Source: Nitrospiraceae bacterium (GTDB lineage: Bacteria; Nitrospirota; Thermodesulfovibrionia; UBA6902). From it: DNA of 64,000 nt. The position numbers and the translations under genes are program-made. The stretch covers positions 2,535 to 66,534 of the forward strand of contig QZKO01000045.1 of NCBI GenBank assembly GCA_003599505.1, written 5' to 3'. Below, in pieces: positions 39,569 through 50,200 of this stretch; the stretch's first letter is position 1, and every line of letters begins with the position of its first letter. The notes under the pieces were generated by a model. That model was not told the origin of the DNA. It made no database searches and worked only from the letters and a program-made list of their open reading frames with translations.

Positions 39569-39789
39569 TATAGCATTGCCTGGAATAGAGAGTCAATCCG
39601 GATTTTTAATTATCTTCCAGTCGTTCTGTCCATACTTTCCCTCAATTCATTTTTTAAATATGCTACAATTAAAACACATCAATTAATGTATTTGGCATTA
39701 ACATGAAATCAGGTAAAAATTTCTGAATTCCCGATCAAGCCGGGAATGACGGCCTATCTAAGGGTTAATGACTGAAGCGAGAGGAAACC

Positions 39790-40167
39790 ATGCATCCATA
39801 CAAACGCTCGGCGCGTGTCGGTGACCTGATAAGGGAAGAAATCGCCGACATTATAATGAACAAGATCAAGCATAAAGACCTCGGTTTTGTCACTGTTACC
39901 GGAGCGAAGGTAAGCGACGATTTGAGGAACGCAACAATATACCTGAGTGTTCTGAAATATGAAGACGCAAACAAGACCCTGCGGAAGCTCAATTCATTGT
40001 CGGCATTAATTAAAGGCGAACTCGGCAGGAGACTGAAGATGAAGTACGTGCCGGCCCTTGCTTTCAGAATCGACGAATCAATCCAGTACGGCATGAAAAT
40101 AGACAAATTGCTTGATGAAGTTAAATCGGAAAGGAGTCACCCTGACGAAGATGAAGATCTCTTCTAA
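39790..40167 (+). CDS. rbfA: Ribosome-binding factor A
   Basis: 'RSARVGDLIREEIADII...LGFVTVTGAKVSDDLRNATIYLSV' is canonical RbfA. Confidence 0.9.
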   Translation: MHPYKRSARVGDLIREEIADIIMNKIKHKDLGFVTVTGAKVSDDLRNATIYLSVLKYEDANKTLRKLNSLSALIKGELGRRLKMKYVPALAFRIDESIQYGMKIDKLLDEVKSERSHPDEDEDLF

Positions 40168-41131
40168 GCTTCTGAATATTGTTAAACAGAACAAATCTTT
40201 TATTATTGCCGGGCATATTAACCCCGAAGGCGACGCAATCGGCTCGGCGCTGGCGCTGGCCCTCGGATTAAAAAAAATAGGGAAGAAAGATATCTGCGTG
40301 CTTAGCAGGGACGGTGTGCCGGAGACACTGCAATTTCTGCCTTCCGCGAAACTGATAAAAAAGAGACCTCCTGATAAAAAGTACGACGTCCTGTTCATTG
40401 TTGACTGTAACACACCTGAAAGGACGGGATTCAGGGAGCTTAAAGCCGGGAATACGGTAATTATAGACCACCATATTCCGCCTGCCGATGCCGGCAAATC
40501 GGAATTTTACAGGACCTTGTCCGCTGCCGTCATTGACCCGGGCGCTGCCGCGACGGGGATGCTCGTATACAAGTTCCTTTCCGCACTCAAGGTCCCGATA
40601 GACAAAGATATTGCCACAAATTTATATACCGCGATACTGGTGGATACCGGGGGGTTCAGATATTCAAACACATCTCCTGAATCTTTGATGATGGCGTGCC
40701 ATCTGGTCGGGGCGGGAGCAAGGCCCTGGGATATTACAAAAGAAATTTTTGAAAGCATCCCTTATAAATCGATGAAGCTTCTGGGGCTTTCGATGGCAAC
40801 CCTCGATAAAAAAGACAATATAGCGTGGATTACCGCGACGAGGGAGATGTTCGAAAAGACCGGCACCACAGCCGAGGATTCTGAAGATTTCGTGGATTTT
40901 CCGAGGAAAGTGAAGGGCGCCGAGGCAGCGGTCTTTTTCAGGGAAGATGAAAAAGGTGTTTTTAAACTCAGTCTCCGCTCAAAAGGGAAAGTGGACGTGC
41001 AGAAAATCGCCGAAGGCTTCGGCGGCGGCGGGCATTTCGCGGCAGCGGGGTGCCGGATAAAAGGAACCTTGCGGGAAGTGCAAAGAAAAGTCCTTACAGC
41101 CGTCAGGAAAGCAATTAAGGAAGCAACCTAA
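40151..41131 (+). CDS. nrnA: DHH/DHHA1-family phosphoesterase (NrnA-like oligoribonuclease/pAp phosphatase)
   Basis: 'FIIAGHINPEGDAIGSALAL...IIDHH...GGGGHFAAAGC' are DHH and DHHA1 motifs. Start chosen at the internal ATG at 40151. Confidence 0.8.
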   Translation: MKISSKLLNIVKQNKSFIIAGHINPEGDAIGSALALALGLKKIGKKDICVLSRDGVPETLQFLPSAKLIKKRPPDKKYDVLFIVDCNTPERTGFRELKAGNTVIIDHHIPPADAGKSEFYRTLSAAVIDPGAAATGMLVYKFLSALKVPIDKDIATNLYTAILVDTGGFRYSNTSPESLMMACHLVGAGARPWDITKEIFESIPYKSMKLLGLSMATLDKKDNIAWITATREMFEKTGTTAEDSEDFVDFPRKVKGAEAAVFFREDEKGVFKLSLRSKGKVDVQKIAEGFGGGGHFAAAGCRIKGTLREVQRKVLTAVRKAIKEAT

Positions 41132-41183
41132 TCAGGCAGGGGCAATTCATGAATTGCCCCTGCACTCGTTTTGATTACCGCTC

Positions 41184-42083
41184 ATGGATTTAATCATAGC
41201 CCTCAATAAACCCAAAGACATCACCTCGCAGGACGCGGTCACAAAGGTAAAGAGGATACTTAAAGTAAAAAAAGCCGGGCATACAGGCACCCTCGACCCG
41301 ATGGCAACGGGCCTGCTCCTTGTTTGCATTAACAGGGCCACAAGGCTTGCGTCATATTTTTCGGCGCTCGATAAAGAATACAAAGCCGTCATGAAGCTCG
41401 GCGAGACAACCGACACGCAGGATGCATACGGTAAAGTTATCTCAAAGACCGACCGGTTTGAAATTGATAAAGGAGTACTGGAAGAGGCGATAAAATCATT
41501 TAAAGGCCGGATCCGTCAGATGCCTCCGATGTTTTCAGCGCTGAAACATGAGGGCAAGCCCCTGTACAAACTGGCCCGCAAAGGGATCGAGGTTGCCCGC
41601 GAACCTCGTGAAGTAATTATTCATGATATTGAGCTGCTGAATATCGACCTCCCGCTTGTCACTTTCAGGACCCGCTGTTCAAAAGGCACTTACATAAGAA
41701 CGCTGTGTGACGATATGGGGAAGAAACTCGGCGTTGGAGCGCATCTCTCCTGCCTTGAGCGGACCGCGATAGGTCCCTTCAGGATCGAAGAAAGCCTGGC
41801 CATTGAAGAATTGGGAAACATCGATATGCGCGGACCGGACGTAAAAGGCGCTTATACAATGGACCGGGCGCTTTCATGGATGCCGGAGCTTATTATTCAG
41901 GAGCCCGCAATAAAGGCGGTTTCACATGGGAATCCACTTACGGCAGATAACACATTAATACTTTCCGATGAATGCAGGAAAGCGGAAGGCCTCAGGATAA
42001 AATCTTCCGCTGGTGGGTTGCTCGCCGTCGGCAGGTTCGATGCGGGAAAGAACCTGATAAAAATGGATGTGGTTTTTGCATAG
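41184..42083 (+). CDS. truB: tRNA pseudouridine(55) synthase
   Basis: 'ALNKPKDITSQDAV...KAGHTGTLDPMATGLL' TruB catalytic Asp motif. Confidence 0.9.
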   Translation: MDLIIALNKPKDITSQDAVTKVKRILKVKKAGHTGTLDPMATGLLLVCINRATRLASYFSALDKEYKAVMKLGETTDTQDAYGKVISKTDRFEIDKGVLEEAIKSFKGRIRQMPPMFSALKHEGKPLYKLARKGIEVAREPREVIIHDIELLNIDLPLVTFRTRCSKGTYIRTLCDDMGKKLGVGAHLSCLERTAIGPFRIEESLAIEELGNIDMRGPDVKGAYTMDRALSWMPELIIQEPAIKAVSHGNPLTADNTLILSDECRKAEGLRIKSSAGGLLAVGRFDAGKNLIKMDVVFA

Positions 42084-42195
42084 GGTAATTCAGGCCCGTA
42101 TTTGCTTTTTTGGATGCATTTACTTTAGGCTAAAAGTAAGCGCTCACTCAAAAAGATCAATTTTTTGAGGGGACCGAACAAGGAGGATAGCAGAA

Positions 42196-42519
42196 ATGAT
42201 AACAATTACCGATATCGCAGCCGAGAAGGCAAAGGAAATATTGTCCGGGGAAGGAAAGCCCGACTGGGGGCTGAAGTTTTATATGGCAGGCAGCAGTTGT
42301 TGCGGCCCCTCCTACGGGATAGACATCGTTGAACAGCCGGACGGTGGCGATAAGACTATAGAGAAAAACGGCCTCAAAATTTTCGTGGATGCCGATACAT
42401 ACGAAAAGATCGAGGGCATGAAATTCGATTATATACAGGAGGGTGAAAAGGAAGGTTTTGTGCTTTCCGGCGGTCAGGCGTCATCCTGCGGGCCCGGGTG
42501 CGGCTCCTCCTGCGGTTAA
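42196..42519 (+). CDS. HesB/IscA-like Fe-S cluster insertion protein with Cys-rich C-terminal tail
   Basis: 'ITITDIAAEKAKEIL...GLKFYMAGSSCCG' resembles A-type carrier proteins. The C-terminal tail 'SSCGPGCGSSCG' is unusually Cys-rich. Confidence 0.5.
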   Translation: MITITDIAAEKAKEILSGEGKPDWGLKFYMAGSSCCGPSYGIDIVEQPDGGDKTIEKNGLKIFVDADTYEKIEGMKFDYIQEGEKEGFVLSGGQASSCGPGCGSSCG

Positions 42520-42561
42520 AAGTAAAAAGGGCGAGGCAGCGCCTCGCCCCTGCAACCTGCG

Positions 42562-44673
42562 CTACCTGAAAATCCCTTTTAATAACTCTTCGACGGGCTT
42601 TTTCTTTTCCGGCGAGTTGTCTTCCGGCGCTTTTTTATCGGCATCTCTCTTCAATAATTTATCGATAAACCTGTCGAGCTCTTTCTTTATGGCCCGTTTC
42701 CCCGCCCTGGCGACATCGACGGCATATGACGGCTTTGCGAATGTCCCCGAAACTTTGAGAGGGATTATGCCCCATCCTTCTTCGTCCCGGATATATTTTG
42801 CGATACCTGAACCGACAGTCTTATTTGAAAGACGGGGAGAAAGCTTCAAATCAAAGGCAAGGTCGAGAGTTTCATCAAGACCGATGTAGCCGGAAGGATT
42901 CATCGCTATATCATCGGAGACAAAGACACTGTCAAGCCGCGCAACCCCGTCTTTTATCTTTACCGTTCCGTTTGCCTGCTTCAGGTTTATTGTTCTTAAT
43001 TCATCGATGCCAAGGAGCAGCGCCAGGTTTTCAGTTATCTTCGCGTTTGTAATCTTCCCGTCTTTTACGCTGAAGTCCCCGTCGCCGGCGAGGTTCTTCC
43101 TGATGCTCTCCGGCAAGGTCCCCCTGCCGTTTAATCTGAGGTTGGCGGAAAGGACGCCGAAGACCGTGTCTTTTGCTTTCGGAAACAAGGAATTTATAAC
43201 CTCATCGGCGTGAAGGGAATCAAGGCTTCCCGCGAGGTTATAAACGTATCCCGGTTTCGAAAGGTCCACGGCGCTGTTTATATTCAGTTTGCCTTTCCCC
43301 GCAACCGCTGTTATTTTCGGAATCTCAAGTTTATTGTCTTTGAACTGATACTTTGCATAGAAATCATTCATTTTTATGCCCTTGTACACTGCTGATCCGA
43401 TCTTTATTTCACCTTCTGCCGCAAGTTTGAGATTGAGAGGCGCCGCCTCTCCCGGGACCTCGACTGAAGCCGCCCAGGCCTTTCCCGGAATTGAAGAGAC
43501 CTTGGCTGCCTCTACAGACACAAGCTCATCCAGAAGCAATTGCTTTGAATAAAGATTGAGCTTTATGTAGGGGTTTTTAAAATAATCAGCGACAGCGCCT
43601 TTTATATCAACTGTATTTTTGCCTGTTGTGCCCTTAATATCGATATCAATTGACCTCTCGCTGAATTTCAGCTTCCCGTCCAGAACGGTGTTTATGTTCT
43701 TGAACTTAATGCCGGCCTTTTCAAGGGAAACAAGACCTTCAGCTTTTAATGTATCCATCTTGCCGGACAGCCCTTTTAATTTTACATCCGCGGAAATGTT
43801 ACCGGACAAAGATAATCCTTTTATATCTGTAAATGATGAAAGCTCTTTCCACAAGTCCGACGCCCTGAGCTTCGTCAGGGAGATTGCAAGGTCTAATTCA
43901 GGCCCTTGTCTGAACCTCCTGATATCGCCGGTTATCGACGCCGGCATACCCTGAAGTTTCAGGTCCGCCTTATCGATGCGTAAATGGTCCGACCCGAGGT
44001 CTATATTAACCGCGTATGCAAGCGCTGCCCGGATGTTATTGATCCGCCTTTTCTGTAAAATAATTTCATCGAACGTCAGGTCCAGGCCCCCCTCTGAAAA
44101 CAGTTTTGAGCCGTCCGCGCTTTTGACCTTTGCATTGATGGAAAAAGCGCCCTTGATGCCAGGAAGTTTATTTAAACCATCAAGCAGGGTAAACCCCGCG
44201 TCCTTTACCGTTATATTATTTATGAGCAGGGAAACAGGGAGCCCTTTAGCTTCGGGGGTCTCTTTTCCCGCCGGTGCGGTTTCCGCCTTTTCCTTTTTTC
44301 CGAGGCCTTCAAAATTGAACTTCCCTTTATCGTCGCGCCTGATCAGGACTTCAGGAGAGAGAAGTTTCAGCTCGTCAATAATTATTTTCCCGGTAAGAAG
44401 GGGCAGCAATTGAAACCTGAGGACAAAATCCCTGCATTTGACAAAATCAGCCTTCCCGTCCGTCTCCTTTATCGCGAAATCTGTAACGGCTATTCCCTTA
44501 AAAAGGCTGATGTTCACCTCACCTATGCTTACTTTCCTGTTTAACGTCTGCTCGGCATAGGGGACAAGAAATTCCCTGACGCGCTCCGGGGTAACATAGG
44601 TCTTGATTAAAATGATAAGGCCGATGATGATGAGCGCGAAGACTGAGGCGATTATGGTAATAATTCTTTTCAT
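42562..44673 (-). CDS. AsmA-family outer-membrane biogenesis protein
   Basis: N-terminal signal-anchor 'MKRIITIIASVFALIIIGLIILI', then a long beta-rich repetitive periplasmic domain typical of AsmA/TamB-like proteins. Confidence 0.7.
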   Translation of the reverse strand: MKRIITIIASVFALIIIGLIILIKTYVTPERVREFLVPYAEQTLNRKVSIGEVNISLFKGIAVTDFAIKETDGKADFVKCRDFVLRFQLLPLLTGKIIIDELKLLSPEVLIRRDDKGKFNFEGLGKKEKAETAPAGKETPEAKGLPVSLLINNITVKDAGFTLLDGLNKLPGIKGAFSINAKVKSADGSKLFSEGGLDLTFDEIILQKRRINNIRAALAYAVNIDLGSDHLRIDKADLKLQGMPASITGDIRRFRQGPELDLAISLTKLRASDLWKELSSFTDIKGLSLSGNISADVKLKGLSGKMDTLKAEGLVSLEKAGIKFKNINTVLDGKLKFSERSIDIDIKGTTGKNTVDIKGAVADYFKNPYIKLNLYSKQLLLDELVSVEAAKVSSIPGKAWAASVEVPGEAAPLNLKLAAEGEIKIGSAVYKGIKMNDFYAKYQFKDNKLEIPKITAVAGKGKLNINSAVDLSKPGYVYNLAGSLDSLHADEVINSLFPKAKDTVFGVLSANLRLNGRGTLPESIRKNLAGDGDFSVKDGKITNAKITENLALLLGIDELRTINLKQANGTVKIKDGVARLDSVFVSDDIAMNPSGYIGLDETLDLAFDLKLSPRLSNKTVGSGIAKYIRDEEGWGIIPLKVSGTFAKPSYAVDVARAGKRAIKKELDRFIDKLLKRDADKKAPEDNSPEKKKPVEELLKGIFR

Positions 44674-44677
44674 TTCA

Positions 44678-46105
44678 TTATGATAACGCTGCCTTTACAC
44701 GTTCCACTAAAACTTTTACTTCCTTATCCTGCACGGTCCTTGCGTCAATGAGCAGGGCGTTGTCTTTGATCCTCGCGATTACAGGGGGATCGCCGAGCCT
44801 TAATTTTTTTTCCAGCTCGTTGACTGATATAGTAAAAGGCTTGAGAGACACCGCGAAGGTCGGAAAATTAACTTCCGGAAGAGAGCCTCCTCCAGCCTGT
44901 GACTCATCGGCAACGACCGCAAGCGCTGAACGGGCGGAAATGTCTTTTATTAAAAGCGAAAAAATTCTCTTTGCCCTGCGCTTTATTTCAGATAACGGCT
45001 GCGTCAGCATCCTGAGTGTGGGGATTTCTTTGATCGCCTTTTCTTCATCGAGGTACTGCATGAATGTCGCCTCAAGCGAAGCGAGGGTCATCTTGTCTAT
45101 CCTCATGGCCCTGAGCATCGGGTTTTTCTGGATCTTCCGTATCAGCTTTCCCCTGCCGATGATTATCCCGGCCTGAGGACCGCCGAGGAGTTTGTCGCCG
45201 CTGAAAGTCACAATATCCGCGCCCGTCCTGACGACTTCCTGCACTGTCGGCTCGCCGTGCACACCGTATTTTGAAAGGTTGATCATGCACCCGCTGCCGA
45301 GGTCGGCAACGACCGGCAATCTGAATTCCTTTCCGAGTTTCACCAGCTTTTCGAGCGGGACTTCTTCCGTAAAGCCGGTTATCCTGTAATTGCTCTGGTG
45401 GACCTTCAGCAAAAGCGCCGTGTCACCGCACAGGGCGTTTTCGTAATCAGCAGGGTGGGTCTTGTTCGTGGTCCCGACCTCTCTCAATATGGCCCCGCTC
45501 GCCTTCATGACTTCAGGTATCCTGAAAGAGCCCCCTATCTCGACAAGCTCTCCCCTTGATACAATTACTTCCCGGCCTTTCGCAAACGTATCAAGACAGA
45601 GAAGCACGGCCGCCGCGTTATTGTTCACGACAACCGCGTCCTCAGCGCCGGTCAACTCCCTGATAATGTCCTGTATATGCGAATACCTCTTTCCTCTCTT
45701 GCCTGTAGGGATTTCATATTCGAGGTTGGAAAAACTCCGGGCGGTGGCTGATACATGAGCAAGCGCCCTTTCCGAAAGGAGCGACCTGCCGAGATTTGTG
45801 TGCATGACAATCCCGGTGGCGTTTATCAGGGGCCTGAGTTTGTACGCTGAAAGCTTTTTAACAACAGTTTCAATATCCCGTGAAACGGCTTCAATCGATA
45901 CGTCGGTGCTTGCGCCGTTTAATATTTCCTTTCGTTTCGAATCAATGACCTCTCTGACGGCGCGCAGCACTGTTTTTCTTGGAAATGATGCAAGCCACTT
46001 CTGCCCGTATGAGCTCTTTAAACATTCATCAACAGACGGCAATTGCGAAAGCTGCTCCCGGATGGTCATGTGTCTTTTGTAGCACAAGGGGGGGGTTGTG
46101 GTCAA
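44678..46105 (-). CDS. selA: L-seryl-tRNA(Sec) selenium transferase (selenocysteine synthase)
   Basis: 'LINATGIVMHTNLGRS...' with the PLP-lysine region 'FSGDKLLGGPQAGII' is SelA-typical. The start is probably the internal Met at 46069 (MTIREQL). Confidence 0.85.
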   Translation of the reverse strand: MTTTPPLCYKRHMTIREQLSQLPSVDECLKSSYGQKWLASFPRKTVLRAVREVIDSKRKEILNGASTDVSIEAVSRDIETVVKKLSAYKLRPLINATGIVMHTNLGRSLLSERALAHVSATARSFSNLEYEIPTGKRGKRYSHIQDIIRELTGAEDAVVVNNNAAAVLLCLDTFAKGREVIVSRGELVEIGGSFRIPEVMKASGAILREVGTTNKTHPADYENALCGDTALLLKVHQSNYRITGFTEEVPLEKLVKLGKEFRLPVVADLGSGCMINLSKYGVHGEPTVQEVVRTGADIVTFSGDKLLGGPQAGIIIGRGKLIRKIQKNPMLRAMRIDKMTLASLEATFMQYLDEEKAIKEIPTLRMLTQPLSEIKRRAKRIFSLLIKDISARSALAVVADESQAGGGSLPEVNFPTFAVSLKPFTISVNELEKKLRLGDPPVIARIKDNALLIDARTVQDKEVKVLVERVKAALS

Positions 46106-46148
46106 GATTTTAAATTCCTGCTTGTTCTACTGCCACAGATAGGGCAAA

Positions 46149-46784
46149 TCACCTTTTTAATGGTGGCCAGAGATTTTCCCTAAGAAGCCTCTTGTCTATA
46201 ACCTGCTCCGATACTTCGAAATACCGGGCGATTGCATGAGCAATATATTCCCTCGCGGATTCTCCGGATGAATCCCATGTATTAAAGCCTGAACTTTCCA
46301 ATAGTAAGACAGCTTCATTTAGTTTCTCAACGAGTTTTTCTCTTGGCACAAGCAGCCGTCCTGCAAATTCATAGGCATGTTGTTCGATCCATGTGTATTG
46401 ATCATCAGGGATTTTATCAAAGAAATCTATCCATTCTTCAAGTGAAGCATATTGGATTTTTGAGAAGACATCGGAATGAAGAACGTAATGCCCAATCTCA
46501 TGTGCAATTGAAAATCTAAGCCTGTTCTGTGCCCGGTCATTCAGAAAGTCGTTCTGGTCTACCACTATAGTTCTTAAATCGCCGAGCAGGAGAGCATCAA
46601 CGTCTCCGGCTTCACGCAAATTGAAGATGGTGCGTATTTCTATGTCCAGTCCGAATTCCAGAATTTCGAATATGTCTATCGGGATGGTGTTTTGGGGCCA
46701 GTATCGAATGCGGAGATCATCCGCCGCTTTTCTTATATCTTCAATTTTTATGAATGGCGCTTTGAAGCTCTTGGGGTCTAACAC
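46149..46784 (-). CDS. ImmA/IrrE-family Zn-metallopeptidase (CapP-like)
   Basis: 'FSIAHEIGHYVLH' HExxH motif in the DUF955 context. Immediately downstream of an XRE HTH gene. Confidence 0.8.
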   Translation of the reverse strand: MLDPKSFKAPFIKIEDIRKAADDLRIRYWPQNTIPIDIFEILEFGLDIEIRTIFNLREAGDVDALLLGDLRTIVVDQNDFLNDRAQNRLRFSIAHEIGHYVLHSDVFSKIQYASLEEWIDFFDKIPDDQYTWIEQHAYEFAGRLLVPREKLVEKLNEAVLLLESSGFNTWDSSGESAREYIAHAIARYFEVSEQVIDKRLLRENLWPPLKR

Positions 46785-46790
46785 GGGATA

Positions 46791-47168
46791 TCAGCTTTTT
46801 TTAATTTTCGCTGCCAGTTTTCTCATTTCTTCTTCTGTCGGTTTTTGTCCGCGCAACGTCCTGAAAAAGGCAGGAAGCATCCTTACGACTTCAGGGTCGG
46901 ACATAATGTCTTTGGGAATAATTCCCCGGTTGGCGGCGGCAAGGTCAAAAAAAGCATACCAGTCACTGCTGCCCTTTGTGATACCCAAGGCTTCTGCATA
47001 GCGTTCCAGTATGTCGGGATCCTGAGGCGGAGGCATAGCGCCCCGTTCGATCCGGCTGACATTTGCCGGGTCAGCGGATGCCTTGAGACAAAATTCTCTG
47101 AGAGTTATCCTCTTATTTTTTCGAAGGCTCTTTAGAAAGGCTCCAAAAGACTTATATTCGCCACTCAT
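46791..47168 (-). CDS. XRE-family HTH regulator (CapH-like)
   Basis: 'ITLREFCLKASADPANVSRIERGAMPPP' HTH_XRE motif, paired with the ImmA/IrrE peptidase. Confidence 0.8.
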   Translation of the reverse strand: MSGEYKSFGAFLKSLRKNKRITLREFCLKASADPANVSRIERGAMPPPQDPDILERYAEALGITKGSSDWYAFFDLAAANRGIIPKDIMSDPEVVRMLPAFFRTLRGQKPTEEEMRKLAAKIKKS

Positions 47169-47195
47169 AGTTCCCCTTCCATCGACTTGTATTTG

Positions 47196-47212
47196 TTGTA
47201 CAATTATTACAA
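47196..47212. promoter_or_regulatory. Inverted repeat TTGTA-N7-TACAA (contains palindrome TTGTACAA), candidate operator upstream of the XRE gene
   Basis: Read directly: 'ttgtacaattattacaa' lies about 30 nt upstream of the XRE start codon (47168, minus strand). Confidence 0.4.
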
Positions 47213-47271
47213 ATTTATCAGGTTAAAGTCAACAATTAGTGAGTATAACACCATAGAATTTTTCCAGACGA

Positions 47272-50200
47272 TTACATCTTATTATATTTTTTATACAAAT
47301 CTCTCAAAAATTCATAACCCTTCATCCCGTAAATATTACATAGGTTATCAGCATCTTCTTTATGTCCATTAATGTAGAGTTTTTCAACTATTGAGCGGAT
47401 GTGCTCTTGTCTGAAATCAGTGATAAAATGTTCAAGCATTTTCAGCAATATCTTCCCGATATAGGCAATGCTTGCAGGATCGTCGAATTTATCGAGGTAT
47501 TCAATGATGAAGGACGAATGATAATCTTCGTTTGCGAAAGGGGCTGCCAGCATCAGCCACTGTGAATATTCCTCATGAATATATGGAAGGTAAATTGCCA
47601 ATTTTCCAAGGGCGGACAATATTTTCTTGTCATCAGAGCTTATATCTTCCTTAGGTTTTGTCTTATATTTATTATCATAGATCCACTTCCAGCAATAGAT
47701 AATTTTATCGACGATTTTCCGGCTCTCTTCTTTTCCATCCTCAATCTGTTTCTGGTTTGACCAGAAAAAGCTGACAACATTCAATATTTGTTCTCGATTC
47801 CAAGCATCTAAAACATTCCTGAATAAACTTTCAGGGTTGCTTATATCCTCATTCCCAAGCAAATATCCCAGGGCTATGTGCTGCACCAAATGTTCAATAT
47901 CATGTTTATTCTTAAATTCATATGTTATCCCAAGTTTATAGTGAGGGATCATAAGGTTGTAGAGATCATCGTAAACTTTGCCGATCGACAAGTAACCATC
48001 CATGAAAGCTACCCAGTACTTATCAACTGTAACCGGGTACAAACCTTTGATTCTTTCTTCGGCCCATGCTTTGTCCAAATAGAACAAATTAGGCAGATAT
48101 CGACCAAGGAAAGTGTAACTCTCAATAATCTTCTTTTCTAAAAGCTCATCATATTTCCCCTTAATCTTCGAACTCCATTTTATTTCCGCTTCAACACCAG
48201 CTCTATCATTGGTACGAGCAATCCTCAAAGCGAGATTTATGAATGCGGACAATGTCTTCCCATGCGAAGAATTTAAAGCATGAGTTACATAATCCGACTT
48301 TTCCTCTTCTTCCTCTGCTTTCAGATTATCAAAGATAAGAAACAGGATTTGTTCTGCTTTCTTTAAATACTTCTCATCAAACGCCCATGAATCATCTCTC
48401 GTTCCTTCTCGTATAAAGTCTGTGATTACACCAATTATCCAGAAATGATTGGCTCCGCCGAGAAAATCCTCTTTTTCAACTATGAATTCATCTTTCCAAA
48501 ATTCATTCCTATCAATATATAGGTGCAGAAATTCAAATAATTTACCCCAGGCAATATCCAGCTTTTTACTCCATGCTTCCTTTGCGCCATCAAGAATTTC
48601 ATAAATATATATAAATCCGGTGTTGATGAATGGAGATAAGTTGTCGATAAATTTATTTGGCTGCTCAGCAGCACATTCTTTTATTAATTTTGCCAATCCC
48701 CCTACGGTAGGGCCTTCTTCCCAAAGACCCGTTGATGATTTAAACTCCTTGAGGTAAGAAGGAAGTTTGTTTGTGGTCAACATATGCAAAATATCTTCTT
48801 TTGTTAAAGGCGAAGTCCCCCAACCAGATCGAATTTTAATCTCTCCCATGGCCGCGTGTAAGCCCACATCCCAGCCAGTTTGAGACTTAAAAGATTCATA
48901 TAATTTTTTAAATTCCGGAAATCTTACAAGTGCCTGACATCTTTGCTGTTTCCACTCTGCAATGTGTCTTTCTGCATCTTTCGCAGGAACAAATCCGGGG
49001 CCATCATTCAGTTTCCTGAATATTAATTCTTTTTGATTAGATGATAGTTCTAATAAATTCTCTAAAACATGTTTCAACTCGTCTCCGAAATCTATTTCTC
49101 CGAAAACAAGATTATCTGAATCCTTTTCTAATGCATCCCAGAATACTTCACTATATTTGTTGACATTATTTCCAATGATATATAGGGCCATCTTCGGAAA
49201 ATAAAAATATTTATCCCTAAAAAAGTCTTGCAATATTTTTTTTGTTTCAGCGGCATGTTTCCATGCCCTTGCCATTAGAATACTTTTCAAGACAAATGTA
49301 AGTACCTCAAGCGGGTCTGTAAGGTGGTTTCTTGATTCATCATAAAAACTTGCATGTGTTTCCTCATCATGAAAGTTGCGATATAGCCTATAAATATTTC
49401 TTTTTAATTCTTTTATATCTATACTCTTAAGCAGCACATCTTTTGTTAACTCATCAAATACGTTAGATGAGAAGTTGTCTAATGTAGTCTCATCCATTGT
49501 TATTTTCTTAAGTGGTGTTCCTCCCAGTTTCTTCTTCCTGAACACATATTCATAAACATCAGACTCAGTCTTATAACCCATATCAAAAAGCTTTACTGAA
49601 TATTTAGCGTCAATAGATGTAAGCGCTAACAGATATGCTTTATCCCCTGCCTCAAAAGGAATTAATGATTCATCTTTTTTCAGTAAAGTGTGTATCTTGT
49701 CACATAAAGGATATATAGCGCCATTTGTACACTTTTCTCCAATATCTCCAGAGAGTTTTTCAAATATAGTCTTTACCCAATATGAATCTATAACAAGTTT
49801 ATATTCCTCTTCTTTGTTATAGATTCGGGCTCTCTCTTCGGACAACTTAACAGACTTTATGTTAGTTATATAATCAACAATCCGTTCAGCTTTAGTAATA
49901 TCCTTATGGGAAGGATTTCCAGACAGGAATTTAGGCAATAATTTGAGGCCAATTTCTGATCCCACAAACGATGCATCAAACCTGGAACTAAGCCAAACAG
50001 GAATTAACTCAATAATATAAATCGGTATTTCTTCTCTCGGAATATTAAGCAAGATTGATACAAAACTTCGCCATGTATAGTAGTTATCTATATGTTGACT
50101 ATCTGAGTTTTTATAATTTGAAACAGCGTTAATGATTTGGAGTAACTCATCTATATACTTTTTATTACCTTGTTTATTGACTTGCTCGGACACCTTTTCT

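Noticed and set aside
42562-44673. AsmA-family gene as a possible defence or toxin component
   Set aside because: The signal anchor plus long beta-rich periplasmic domain is typical of housekeeping outer-membrane biogenesis proteins. GC content matches the core genome.
46088-46095. G8 (minus-strand C8) homopolymer near the 5' end of selA
   Set aside because: It lies in the probable non-coding 5' extension (the ORF-finder start is at 46105, the likely true start is the Met at 46069 = MTIREQL). It may matter for expression, but no frame consequence is supportable.
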